Program-made: the position numbers and the translations under genes | Shown here: one piece after another, positions 38,894 through 52,581 of the stretch | Numbering within the stretch: position 1 is the first letter of the stretch | Layout of the letters: every line of letters begins with the position of its first letter | NCBI RefSeq assembly: GCF_003918875.1 | Contig: NW_025765225.1 | Coordinates: 1,302,001 to 1,366,000 of the forward strand | Direction: 5' to 3' | DNA from: Haliotis rubra | Taxonomy: Eukaryota | Length of the DNA stretch: 64,000 nucleotides | The notes under the pieces: model-generated | What the model saw: only the letters and a program-made list of their open reading frames with translations | Databases searched by the model: none | What the model was told of the DNA's origin: nothing

Positions 38894-40985
38894 GTGAGTG
38901 AGTGAGTGGGTGGTTCAGTGAGCGAGTGGGTGGTTCATTGAGTGAGTGGAGGAATGGGTGAGTATACCATAGAGTGAATTGGTGGTTAAGTGAGCGAGTG
39001 GGTGGTTTACTGAGTGAGTGAGGAAATGGGTGAGTATATCATGGAGTGAGTGGGTGGTTCAGTGAGTTAGTGGGTGGTTCATTGAGTGAGTGAGGAAAAT
39101 GGGTGTATACCATACAGTGAGTGGGTGGTTCAGTGAGCGAGTGGGTGGGGTGAGTATACCATAGAGTGAGTGGGTGGTTCAGTGAGTGGGGTGGTTCAGT
39201 GAGCGAGTGGGGAAATGGGTGAGTATACCATGGAGTGAGTGGGTGGTTCAGTGAGCGAGTGGGTGGTTCAGTGAGTGAGTGGGGAAACGTGTGAGTATAC
39301 CATGGAGTTGAGCGGGTGGTTCGATGTGGGTGGTTCAGTGAGTGAGTGGGTGGTTCAGTGAGCGAGTGGGTGGTTCAGTGAGTGAGTGGGGAAATGGGTG
39401 AGAATACCATGGAGTGAGTGGGAGGTTCAGTGAGTGAGCGGGGAAATGGGTGAGTATACCATAGAGTGATTGGGTGGTTCAGTGAGTGAGTGGGCAAAAG
39501 GGCGAGTATATCGTAGAGTGAATTCGTGGTTCAGTGAGTGGGTGGTTCAGTGAGTGGGGAAGTGGGTGAGTATACCATAGAGTGAATTGGTGGTTCAGTG
39601 AGTGAATGGGGAAATGGGTGAGTATATCATAGAGTGATTGGGTGGTTCAGTGATCGAGTGGGTGGTTCAGTGAGCGAGTTGGGAAATGGGTTAGTATACC
39701 ATATAGAGTGATTGTGGTGGGCAGTATACCAGCATAGTTCAGTTCAGTGAGCGAGTGGGTGGTTCAGTGAGTGAGCGGGGAAATGGGTGAGTGTAGAGTG
39801 ATACCATAGAGTGATTGGGTGGTTCAGTGAGTGAGTGGGGAAAAGGGCGAGTATATCGTAGAGTGAATTCGTGGTTCAGTGAGTGGGTGGTTCAGTGAGT
39901 GGGGAAGTGGGTGAGTATACCATAGAGTGAATTGGTGGTTCAGTGAGTGAGTGGGGAAATGGGTGAGTATATCATAGAGTGATTGGGTGGTTCAGTGAGC
40001 GAGTGGGTGGTTCAGTGAGCGAGTTGGGAAATGGGCGGGTATACCATAGAGTGAGTTGGTGGTTCAGTGAGCGAGTGGGTGGTTCAGTGAGCGAGTGGGG
40101 AAATGGGCGAGTATACCATAGAGTGAGTGGATGGTTCAGTGAGCGAATGGGGAAATGGGTGAGTATACCATAGAGTGATTGGGTGGTTCAGTGAGTGAGA
40201 TGGGAAGTGGGCGAGTGACCATAGAGTGAGTGGAAGTGGGCGAGTATACCATAGAGTGATTGGGTGGTTCTTGAGCGAGTGGGGAAATGGGTGAGTATAC
40301 CATAGAGTGAGTGGATGGTTCAGTGAGTGAGTGAGTGAGTGGGGAAATGGGTGAGTATACCATAGAGTGATTGGGTGGTTCAGTGAGTGAGTTGGGAAGT
40401 GGGTGAGTATACCATAGAGTGAGTGGGGAAATGGGTGGGTATGCCATAGAGTGATTGGGTGGTTCAGTGAGTGAGTGGGTGAGTATACCATAGAGTGAGT
40501 GGTGAAATGGGTGAGTATACCATAGAGTGAGTGGGTGGTTCAGTGAGTGAGTTGGGAAATGGGTGAGTATACCATAGAGTGAGTGGGTGGTTCAGTGAGT
40601 GAGTAGGGACATGGGTGAGTATACCATAGAGTGAGTGTGTGGTTCAATGAGGGAAAAGAGGATTGATATGAAATGAAAAATGAGGAAATGGGCGATTAAA
40701 CCAGAGAGTGAGTGGATGGTTCAGTGAGCGAGTGGGGTAATGGGCGAGTATGCCATGGAGTGAGTGTATGGTTCAGTGAGCGAGTGTATGGGACATGGTC
40801 GAGTATGCCATAGAGTGAGTGGGTGGTTCAGTGAGCGAGTGTGGAAATGGTGGAGTATGCCATAGAGTGAGTGGGTTGTTCAGTGCGTGAGTTGGAAATG
40901 GGTAAGTATACCATAGAGTGAGTGGGTGGTTCAGTGAGTGAGCGAGTTGAGAAATGGGTGAGTGTACCATAGAGTGAGTGGATTG
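38894..40985. repeat. Complex G-rich minisatellite built on (GAGT)n
   Basis: Modules GTGGTTCAGTGAG(C/T)GAGTGG, GGAAATGGGTGAGTATACCATAGAGTGA(G/T)TGG are shuffled over about 2.1 kb. Confidence 0.95.
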
Positions 40986-41829
40986 TTGGAAAATAGGAAT
41001 GTTACAGCCTGTAAGTGGGTGAGTGAAAACTAAAGATGCTTTTCTTCTGAAACATGATAAACATTACAGTTATGCACTGACGAAAGCTTAAACAAAATGA
41101 GTACAATGGAAGTTAAATCACTATAAGACATAGTCAATAAGTCATGAATAATCATAAGAAATAACAATCAAGGCTTGGATGCGGTTGTCAGTTTGAAGAT
41201 TACGTTGTCAGTATCCGGCAAAAATCACATTTATTTTGCAAGTGTGAGTATTTTATTAGCCATATTCTCCTGACGGGACAGTGAAACCTGGCCAGTGTCT
41301 GGCGAAGACAACGCGCGTGGGCGGACCCACATCGGATGACCGTTGGATGTTGTTACCAGTGTCACATATAGTTCACCAGGCAGCAATCTTGTAACTACAT
41401 CAGTTGGAAAACAAGAAATGAATTTGTTTGAGTGTCTCATGGGACGTGGTATTTCCGTGATGCCTTGGAGTGGGCCGATTAAGCCGTTCGTTGCATCTGT
41501 CCCTCATGGAAAATGCAAGTTCCTTTAGCTGTTTGAACAGTGCAATGCTATACTTCGCTGACGCTCCCGATGATAATGTCTGCGATTACAGCATATATTA
41601 TTGATGACGGTTTACAATGATTCCTAAAATACAACTAGAACTTGCACACTTGATTATTCGATGAGAAATAATGACACAGTCTTCTTCATCGTTTTAGCGG
41701 TGTCCTAGCCAAACAGCTTGCAATTCAGCCTCATCATAATGCTGCATAATATTTGGCTCCCAGTACCATATGCTTTGCTTTGTGGCAAGACGTGTTAACA
41801 TACTGATGGACTTCTGTGGTGTGTTGAAT

Positions 41830-42250
41830 GTTAACCCGAGTTCGGCAATGTAGCATGCATTTAGTCTCAAATCTGACATGCTCTCATGAAACAGTTAAAC
41901 CTCCTAATTCTCGAAACATCAATGCACGGCACCACTCCACACCACGGCACATATTGATGAGGGGAACATGTAACTACATACATGAGCAGCCCAAGATACA
42001 CTTTAACGATAAAACATACCTTCGTTAACTGAGAAATTCGGCATGGATCAAACACTTTCAAAAACTGAACAAAGGACTTGTCGAAGCCCCATGGAACATG
42101 TGAGGAGTACATATAATTGTTACTTTAAGACGAAATCGTGCGATTAGAACACGTCTTACATTTCTTTCAGTGGCATTTAGTTCACCTGATGAAGGGACCT
42201 GGAATGGTCTCGAAACGTCGTGAGAGAAATTAAAAAAGAAGTTTAATCCA
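41830..42250 (+). mobile_element. Penelope-like element 3' remnant (degenerate GIY-YIG endonuclease plus LTR)
   Basis: LVSNLTC..ETVKP..R...H...KIHFNDK..LR*LRNSAWI..LNKGL...W resembles a PLE endonuclease and is followed by a hammerhead motif and A-rich tract. Confidence 0.6.
42182..42223 (+). ncRNA. Minimal type I hammerhead ribozyme
   Basis: TCAC-CTGATGA-AGGGACC tggaat GGTCTC-GAAAC-GTC-GTGA: intact core, stem I TCAC/GTGA, GUC cleavage triplet. Confidence 0.75.
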
Positions 42251-43797
42251 TAAAGATATCTTGGACGTCTTACATTGTTCAAACTAACTCATCTGATAAT
42301 ATTCGTGTATATTATTCAAAACAAAATTGCAATTCCTTCTTTGGACTTAAGCATTTGACTGTCATTTGCACTTGTTTATGATGGGTGCCATCTGACGTGC
42401 AGGATCCGCTCATCTTTTGGCGAACACCTGTTATCATCGCAACATGATACTGATTCACACATGTTCATGATATAGTAGCTGATTAATATGGATGAAGAAA
42501 GGGTTTTGTAGGTTATATCTATGATATGATCGCTGTCCCCTGAACCTGTAGGCGAAAGTGCACCTCGTCCATACGTTTCTCCACGGACCTCTGTTCTACA
42601 ATAGCTGTACTACTTTAACATTCGGCGAGTTCTTTAGCATGAGTGACAACAGGAACATTTTCTGGGATCATTTCCACATTGTAACCGTAATATTACAGGT
42701 ATTACAATTAACAAAAGAAAGTAAATGTAGCTTCTATCTACCGTCTTGAAACGATATTTCTTTTTGCCGTTAAAGAAGAATGTGGTGACTTGGCTGTCAT
42801 AACGCATACAACAATTACTTAAATTATGAGTTATACAGCACGATGTTTCTGTAAAACACACACTAACAGATAACAAATAAGTATTTGGTAGGATCAGCCT
42901 GAAAAGATTAAAGGGCAAAACAGCAAACTGATATCATGGGATTTATATAAAGGTTCATAATCAAATATCCTTATACGAAATGACAATCAATGCCTACCAG
43001 ACAGTTTTATCAGGTTATGGCCATTACATTCGTTAAAAGATCCGTAAATAAAGAATGGGGTTGTTTTTAAACTATTTAAAACAAATGGGATGTCTCATAT
43101 TTTATACCATGGCAATATGTATCGCCTTTTCTCCACAAGTTCAGACGATCTGAAGTGTATTGAGAAATAATGATAATTCTATCCCCGTTGCGAATTGTCG
43201 GGTGTTTTTAAATAGTGCGGCCTAAACCTCAACACATCTCACTCACCGTTAACGCTGGACTTGTGCTGGTGGTTGTTAAATTCTTAATACAGAATTTTAC
43301 ATAATAAGTTTAAACTGTCAACGCTAGAAAATATGTATCGAATATCTACATTTTTTGTAAAGCGTGTCAGCTATTGGCACGACCTTAAATTCGTGACACG
43401 ATGGTTACTTTCGGGGGTACATTGGGGAATGTTTAAATTCAAAACGAATTCCAGGTTCACTATTCTTCCAAATGAGAGTTGACCTTGACCTCGATACATG
43501 TCCTATCGCTGTAGTGTCAGCAGCTTCAAAGGGAGCATTGCTGTCTTGAGCATGCTTGAATAAATACCCATAAGTCACAAGCCTAGGTGCCCTACACAGA
43601 CATCACAATAGATGTATAGGTTAACATAGGGGAGCAGTAACACATCACCAACAGTACTTCAATCGGAACAGGAAAAAACAGCAGATACGAATTAGTCCTT
43701 GAAAATAAGGTGGATGCATAAGGAAAAATAACGCTCCATCATGTTCAGGTATGACGTTCTGGACAGCCGCATGTGATGTAGGTGAAGCGTGCACAAG

Positions 43798-43957
43798 TGA
43801 GTGATTTAAGTTTTGCGCCACTTTTAGCAATATTCTACCAATATCACGGCGGGGACACCAGCAATGGGATTCACACATTGTACCCATGTGGAGGAATCGA
43901 ACGCGGGTCTTCGGCGTGACGAGTGAACGCTTTAGCCACTAAGCTACCCACCGCCTC
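43798..43957 (-). mobile_element. SINE family A copy
   Basis: Same head and tail as 26179; TGCACAAG on both flanks. Confidence 0.85.
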
Positions 43958-44534
43958 GCAGCATGCACAAGGCGACAGCAGTGAACTCGGTCCTATACAT
44001 TATTACATTTCAGTCAATACATGTTTTTGATAGAGAGCACTAACACTGTCGATGGCTTCCCATAACAACGATAAATCAGGGCCCAATAGCAAAAACTGGT
44101 TAAGTCAAATACGGACTTAAAATAAACCAAATCAAGGTTTTGGTTATCAAATTACTACTTAGACATTGTTCAATACATATTGTTGTTAGTAGTGTTTCAG
44201 AAAGTATTTCTGAACTCAAGGGTTAATGTAAATTTGATGTAAGTTTGAGTATATAAATAACAAACATTAACTTGTTGAGTTATTCTTAGACTTCCATTGC
44301 GTAAGATGCACAACGGAGTCACATAATGAATGTGCACACAAAGACATTTCCTGCGATGTGTAGAGTTCCACCTGATATCAATTAAATCTAAATCTAAATC
44401 TAGATGGGTGTAAATGAGTGGGATACAACTATTTTCGTTACCAAAAGAAGTACCTTCCAAAGGCAGAGTCCATTGTACGATTCCGACTAAGACATATATG
44501 TATGTATTTATGAATCCGAATTGATGACATCAGA

Positions 44535-45030
44535 GAAACTGGGAAATTACCTAAATAAAGACAGTAAGAGACAAGGAATGGGAAATTACCTAAATAATGA
44601 CAGTAAGAAACAAGGAATGGGAAATGACCTAAATAAAGACAGTATGAAACAAAGAATGGGAAATTACCAAAATAAAGACAGTATGAAACAAGGAGTGAGT
44701 GTCGCGCAGTTTGGACACAAGATAATTATTATGAGTGAGTGAGTGAGTTTAGTTTTACGCCGCACTCAGCAATATGTTAGCTATATGGCGGCGGTCTGTA
44801 AATAATCGAGTCTGGGCCAGACAATCCAGTGATCAACAGCATGAGCATCGATCTGCGCAATTGGGAACCGATGACATGTGTCAACCAAGTCAGCGAGCCT
44901 GACCACCCGATCCCGTTAGTCACCTCTTACGACAAGAATAGAAACAAGGAATGGGAAATTACATAAGTAAAGACAGTAAGAAACAAGGAATTGGAAATTA
45001 CCTAAATAAAGACAGTAAGAAACAAGGCAT
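44535..45030. repeat. 39-bp tandem repeat interrupted by a 5'-truncated SINE B (about 44732-44936, minus)
   Basis: Unit TGGGAAATTACCTAAATAAAGACAGTAAGAAACAAGGAA occurs on both sides of the SINE. Confidence 0.85.
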
Positions 45031-45049
45031 GGTATCGGACGTCGTTTTA

Positions 45050-45250
45050 CAAATGCCCTACATAACCAGTTTAACAAGTAAGGGTGGTAGGACATACTTA
45101 GTAGAATTAGCATGGAAAGGTGTGTCTCAAAAGATGGCACCAAGGTCTGGAACTGCAGGAATATTGCTCGACGCTGAATGAAATTTGGCCAGTGGACATT
45201 CAAAGTCATCCATCTTGTCATACAGCTGTGTGGATAGTTTATTGTCACTC
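45050..45250 (-). mobile_element. Degenerate reverse-transcriptase fragment (Penelope-like type)
   Basis: A minus frame reads NKLSTQLYDKMDDFECPLAKFHSASSNIPAVP. This resembles the LYDKRDDF.F....FP..SSNIP motif of abundant invertebrate PLE-type RTs (from recall). Confidence 0.6.
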
Positions 45251-45810
45251 TGTCCTATCAGATTGATTTGGTTAAAAACAATTAGGCAGATTTTATCGAA
45301 ATGCATGGGCCCACTATTTCACGTGTTGTTTTGCTCTGAACTAAAGATGACGTGTGCTTTCTGTTTGGACCAATTGTCCTGAACTTTAAGTTGTATGAAG
45401 ACAAGTATATGAATATGTCTTTTTATGACGAATGCCCCAAAGTTTTCCGCTAAGTCTGCCATGTGGGATAGTGGTGTATAGACTGGAAATATGAGATGCT
45501 TTGTGTTAAAGATGACGGGTTATGTTTCAGATACTGATTCGTTGGATCCAGGGATACATCTCCGGATTTGAATAGGGCTTTAGAATCAGTCGGTTCATTG
45601 GCAAACACTGCTTTTTCGATTGAATGTTGTCAAGTTTGCATAACTGTTCATCATATATATAGATAGGTGTATGAGTACCAAATTAAACACCTTTAAAATG
45701 CTTTATCAGACAGGAGATATAAAATTCTCTGAGATAAATAGCAATTATTAACAATAAATGTGGTTGTAGTATCTTCACAATAATCTCCTAATGGAGGAAA
45801 TAAAGATGAA

Positions 45811-45851
<41 letters not shown>
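45811..45851. repeat. (GAT)n microsatellite
   Basis: About 13 GAT units. Confidence 0.95.
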
Positions 45852-47442
45852 AGCATGTACTTAATGGTATATGGTTAGGGAACACGAGCGCCCTTGGTAG
45901 GTTATTGAGACGGTCCATGCAAATCAGCATCGGACACTATGAGAACGTTATTTTGTGGGATATTCGTTGGATATTTACAAAAGGGAGTCTTAAAAGGGTA
46001 TAGTGCATCCCCTCGGTTATTGCAAGCAGCCGATGATATACTAAATCATAATTTGCATATATTCTTAAATTGTAAAAAAGCATAAGTATCTCAAAATTGA
46101 ATGGGACAAAAGGATGGTGTTTGCAGATGTTATTGATTCTTTAACGCAGTCTTAATTGACAAAAGCAATAAAAACGGGTAACATCACTTGCGGAACAATA
46201 TAGTCTACCACTTTAAGTCCGTATGAAGAGTGATTCATCGGTGTGTGCTCCACTGGGCCATGATGCACCTCAGACTACCATTTAAAGCGAACAGATAAAA
46301 CAAAAGTCAATACGTTTACATTGTCTACACCTTTCCTATTGTTCTAATTTATTTTATCATTTCACTTCTTACGGCTTAAGGCCACAGGTCGCGACTCACG
46401 CAGTATAGTCACGTACAGAATAGCGTGTGCATCCACGCATACATGTCATATAACCTGAACTAACATACTTCTCGTGACACAAAATATGTTTACATTCTCT
46501 TACCTAATGAAACAGAAAAGATGGCAAACAGTTTTGTGGTATTATTTATTTATAAACATAATATATCTTCATGATGTACACATATTGTCTGCGATGAACT
46601 ATTTTGTCCTATTCCTGTACCATTTCTAAGATTTCCCTTGGAGTGAACGACCGACAGTTTGTTTGTGATTTAGTGATTTTGCTGATTATTGTTGAAACCA
46701 TTTTTTGACGTCCGGTTTCGTTTTCCTATGATAGAGTTTACGTGTAATCATATGGCTTTTGCAGTCACACATTCATACAAAGTTAACCACACACATGTAA
46801 ACAATTTAGAAGTTTTGATCAATATTCATGTTTTTTTCTTTCGAGCACTAATTTGAACAGTTATTTTTTTCAATGATACTTTATGTTTGTAATTTTTACA
46901 GTACATTCATATTTTGTATTTTATAGTTTCAGAATGATACTAATACAATATTCAATTAAACTGTAAAAAGAAATATAGACTAACATGTAATCTCTGAAAC
47001 GAACATATTTTACAGAAAATACGGTTTCTAAGGTATGTTCATAAAATACAATACAAAAAAGCCCAGAGACTTTTTTCATTTTCAGAAACTGAAGCTGTTG
47101 TAATCTAACCTTGGCAAACATTCTTGACTTGCATGGACTGCCTTGGGTATATTTGTTTCAGGGTCTGTATGACAGACTAAAAAAGTCTTCCAAGAGGAAT
47201 TATATAAAGTACGTTATATGAAGAACATGAATTTAAATCTTAGATGAATTATTCACCAACGTAATTGTAAAACATTATATCTACATTTCGTGTCAATACA
47301 ACAGATATTTACAGATCGATTATTCTGATAGTAGTCTTGATTTTGTCCAATATACAATTAGATGAAAACCACGCGGGGGTGGGAAGCCTACATTCAGTTC
47401 CCGCATCCTGCTGACTCCCAGTCTGGCTCTGTATCGGTTGTA

Positions 47443-47650
47443 GAGTGACGCCGCTTTTAGCAATATTCCAGCACCAGAAATGGGTTTCATGCATTGTAAC
47501 TGTTTATCTCCTACAACGGGGGACGGTGGTAGCCTAGTGGTTCGATTCCCAACATGGGCACAATGTGTGAAGCCCATTTCTGGTGTCCCCCGCCGGGATA
47601 TTACTGGAATGGTGCTAAAATCGGCGTAAAACCATACTCGCTCACTCACT
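47443..47650. mobile_element. Two SINE A fragments in opposite orientation (about 47443-47500 minus; 47517-47650 plus)
   Basis: Both match family A with internal deletions. Confidence 0.75.
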
Positions 47651-48114
47651 CTTATATCACGTAATATCTGAAAGCAATGTCGCGGCTCATATGAAACGAT
47701 TCGTAACAAATGACAATTTTGCCATCTTGAAATGACCCCCCTGTCTTCTTTCTCCCACCTCAAAGCAAGACATTTCTCTGCTGAAAAATACATATTGTTT
47801 CCCATTCAACTAAGAAATCTTCATTCATACCATCTTTTTGAATGGTCTGAGATAAGAGCTTCATGACAGTATCGAGCAATGAATCACGCTACACTGCAGC
47901 AATATTTAAACAGCTGTCCCGGGCCTTCCAATCAATACATCCAACACATTTGTCCCTGTGTTTGCGGTGCTTTATAGATCTGAACATGACAAGAATAACT
48001 AAACTGATAACGTTGCCAAGGATATTATTCTGCTAAAAACGGGGATTTATCATATACAATGTATGATTCACGCCACATTATGGAATCATGGGTTTCATGA
48101 ATGCACGCTCTGGC

Positions 48115-48203
48115 AGCTAGCCTGACCACCTGATCCCGTTAGTCGCCTTTACGACAAGCATGGGTTGCTGAAGACCAGGTCTAACCTGGATCTTCACGGG
48201 TTC
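48115..48203 (-). mobile_element. SINE family B 5' head fragment
   Basis: Minus strand reads CCCGTGAAGATCCAGGTTAGACCTGGTCTTCAGCAACCCATGCTTGTCGTAAAGGCGACTAACGGG. Confidence 0.8.
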
Positions 48204-49128
48204 GCATGTGATCTATATGATTACACAAAATGATCAGTGTAGGTGAGCTAGTGCGTGAGGTGTGTTTAACGCTCCATGTCATAACACAGCTTGCCAAGTC
48301 ATCATCATCAGGGTGATTCGGGATTTTAACCCACGATCACAGTTTCCTGGCTTGCCTAAGGGTCGCAACTCTGCACAGCAACTTGCGGCGCCTCAGACGA
48401 CATGACCACCTCCGTCCCCTGATTAGTAAAAAGAGATATGATAAAAATGTATTATGTATCAAAATTGATTATGCATATAATATGACACATAATGGAAAAT
48501 CGTCGTTGAAGCAAGATTTGTGTGAAAGTCTTTATAGTATATATTATATGTACTCCATTAGCTTATAATTGGAATTCTTGTATTTTTAGCAAACGACTTG
48601 ACGTAAACGGACCTGTAGACAATCATGCCTTGGTGTGTAACGTATCTGGTATATTAACACCACACACAGCATTATTAATCACTCGAACTTAATTTCCGTC
48701 TGTGATGCATCTCAGCCTTGCACAAACAAGCTTTTCTAAATCCGTCCTTACTGTCTACAGGTTGTGTTTCCATCGCGTAGGTACAGCTTGACTGCACATA
48801 AGAAACTATTTAAGTCGGTATTATTTCAATAAAAAACGTGTGTCACGTGTTGCCCCGTTATGAAACGACAGTCTCCATTGCTACAACTTTACACAAGTGA
48901 AGCACGAAGTCTCTAGTAAGCATGTCCTTCAGTTGTAAGTATTGCATGTTTAGTTTGTTTAACAGGTTATTGTATAGATTATTACTTTCTTCTTTCTATT
49001 GTCCCCATTGGCGATGTGTCCATAAAACTGTGTACGTTTCAATTGGTTATGAATGCGTTGACATCTGCACTAACATGTATACGAGACCTACATGGAGAAA
49101 CAGGCAGTTTAAGGTATAAATGTAGATT

Positions 49129-49272
49129 NNNNNNNNNNNNNNNNNNNNNNNNNNNNNNNNNNNNNNNNNNNNNNNNNNNNNNNNNNNNNNNNNNNNNNNN
49201 NNNNNNNNNNNNNNNNNNNNNNNNNNNNNNNNNNNNNNNNNNNNNNNNNNNNNNNNNNNNNNNNNNNNNNNN
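49129..49272. other. Assembly gap (144 N)
   Basis: Run of N. Confidence 1.
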
Positions 49273-52200
49273 ACAAGTACCTTAAAAAGGAAAGAGATTA
49301 GGTGACGACCCAGGAATTCAGGGATTTGAACAAAATGCTCCCACTTCAGAAATGTGTTGTTATGCATGCATGCATATGTGACAGTACGTGTCACCACACA
49401 AAGGTGCATGTGTCATGGAGGAAATGTCATCCCAAGACTGACTCACTGAAGGTGCTCTGTTGTGATTCTGTTTACCAGGGAATCATCATGAAATAATCAG
49501 CTATCGAAGTAAGTTGACAGAATCTACGAATTCATGACATTATAGTTTCTTTTTGTACTAGTGACATTTTATCTCGCTTGTAAAGTATAATTAACATGAG
49601 ATGACTTTGCACAATGCATTCATAAAATGACAGATTGTTGTTATATATAACAATGACATATTGCTTTGTTTAGTGCAGTTAATCTCCAGCTGTGTGTTTG
49701 ATACACATTCAAGGTATTATACGTATTCAAGGTATATCACGACGGCGTAAAAAACATAATCATGCCTAGTACAGACAAGTATGTGGGTGATATTTAAGAC
49801 AGGTGCCAGGCAGTCCCGGGTGCAAGAAAAAACAAGCAAACACCCAAACCAAACCAAACACGGTTGTTCTTATTCGGCATTGTCTTTTGCATCCTTTAAA
49901 AATATCAGTATGTGTGTGTATTGTGGAGGATGATTCTTCAACTGATATCGGTAAGTTTCCTTCACATGAATATAGGTCGAATGTATTTGTGTTCATCTTG
50001 GATGATATTCTGTTGTTTTTTCATGTAGGATGTGACTTGTTTTGGAAACTTAAATGATATATTCAGGTACGCCTACTCGAAAACAAGCAAACCCTATTTT
50101 TTTGTGTGTGGGGGTGGTCGTGGTTAAGTATGTGTTTGATATCATAGCCGGTTACTGATACTTTTAACATCGCGCCATTATACACTTAAAACATGGCACT
50201 GTGTGGGTTTTGAGGTACCACACCCCCTATATCAATCAGCTCATGTTATGTACATGTATCAACCAATTACTGACCATTACTTATTGTATCCCCTTTACAT
50301 CAAGGGGGTCAGACATGGGTGAAATAACGTATGTTATGACGCGGTTTGAGGATCGAACAGGGCACAGAGGCAGCCCTCAACTTCTAAAACATTAGAATCA
50401 GTCATGACGTTGGGCCCGATTAATGAAGATCCACACCAAGCTCATTTCAAAACAACATAATTGAAAACGACATTGGTTACTTAAGTTAGGAAGCACTACT
50501 GACAGAATTTGTCTCAACATTGATGATATCATTTATAATTGTTGTCTAAAAAACCTGACTTAAAAACACCAAAAATCATTGTTTCATTTAAAGAATTACC
50601 CGCTGGTCCCCACAATCTTTCGGTCGTAGATGGCGACTGAATGGATCACGGTAACTTAGGTGATTGGGTGTCATCGTGCGTGTCATCCACCTCAGAGACA
50701 CGGGACGGGGCTCTTACTATCAAGCAGGTCTTCAGTCACAGTCACTCACTCATGTAACAATCTTTATATACCAAGTTATTATATACTCTTCGAAAAAAGT
50801 AGGCTAACCTGAACTTTCAATTTGGATAGGCAATATAAGCGTTAACAAACTATTCTAAGACAGACATCTTATGAACGTTTAACGCACCGCCATTTCTCTT
50901 GATCACCGCCCCTAAACACAACCTCTTCCATAATCATAATAATGCTATGCTCAAAGCATAGTACGACTTCAAGCCACTTCTTCCTAAAACGTCTGTTTTG
51001 ACGTACTGCCTTCAAGAGTCTTACATCTTCCAGCATTGCATTGTTTCCATTTCTGACTCTACTATATTATCATAAACATGTAAACCTTTTCCTGTTTACA
51101 AGAATCATTGCCAAGTCACAAAACCCATTGCCCATTTTAGGTGTTTTCTCCACACTGATTTATCCACATAGTGTCACAGTGTCCTACATCTCTGACTCAT
51201 TCATTCAGCAGCTTAAGCCATGACCTTATACCTCCTTGGTAAACTCGTTAATTTCCGTACAAATCCGTAAAGACAACAGACTTTGCAAGCCTTCAAAGAT
51301 AACACAGAGCCCAGTGCAAACCCTACACTTTGGTTGAAATCTACACAAACAAGTTGGCCAACAAATGTGTACATTGTTTCATTATACAGCTCTTCATTAT
51401 GCTTGTCCTGTAACAACTGTCATATGTCATATGTTTCACTTCATACATGGCTTGCTCTAGAACATGGCGACATTTTACCTTATTTGAAATGCCATGTAAA
51501 GCCAGACAAAACATCAGAACAAGGGAAACCGACAAGATGGAGACGTATTATATTTTTTTAGTAAAAAAAAGGTTGCTTCTTTTTATGGAGGAATGCGTTT
51601 GTTTTGGTAGTTTTGTGGTTCTTGCATCAACTGCATTCATCTTTTAAAAAGTGACCTCGGGAACATGGTGGAAAATAAGTGCTGATGATAAATGCGACAA
51701 AGAGGGGCTCATGTCACATAAACTCCTTACAGACCGGAAACCATTTATAACTGTTTCTTTTTACGTCCATGTCAACGGTAAATGTTGACTTTGGGATTGT
51801 CCTTCATGTCTCTCTCGGATGTACAGCCATTCAGATATACCTGCCAAAACCAACCCTTTTGAATATATAATAAGCGTAACTTTTTAGCTAATATGCGGTA
51901 ACTATACAAATACCTACATAAGTGGGAAATGCTTATTCTTACTTCACTTTGCTGTATATAATTGATGGCAAAAGTTTTTAACACAGGACGTCAGCATATA
52001 AATGACCAAACAGCGCTAAAATTTATATGTATGTATCACTCAATGATGACGTATGTTGTACATGAATAGTATATGTGCAACAGTGATGCATGTGCAAAAA
52101 ATATATTATATCGACATCGAATTTATCACATAACGTCATATATGCTATGCGAAAAACTAATTCTACTATTTTCAAAATAATTCTAATTATCAAGCCAAAC

Positions 52201-52581
52201 TCAGTATTAACAAATATACCGAAGTAAATAAATAGCAAAGTTATATTAAAGGAAAGAGTCCTGGAGAGTGTAGGAGACTTCACCTACACATCAATCGACT
52301 TTCACTCCCGTCACCTTCTATTAATGTGAAATAATTATACTCATGGAATCAGTACACAGTTTGCCACAGTTTGACTACGTAAGGGACATGCGCATGTCAA
52401 TAGCGTCTCACATTACATCAAGACCACCATCTGTGTGAAGGTCTTGTCACCTTGGATATCCAGTCTTGGCATATTTTTCAGGCTTGAGCACCGTTGATGC
52501 CAGGTGAATATTATTATCACTGACTTCATTGCTATTACCACTGAAAATTATATTTAATTATGCCGTAACTGCACTGCCTTT

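Noticed and set aside
39979-40970. His/Pro/Thr-rich ORFs
   Set aside because: They are translations of the minisatellite.
49016-49409. ORFs spanning X residues
   Set aside because: Artefacts of the N gap.
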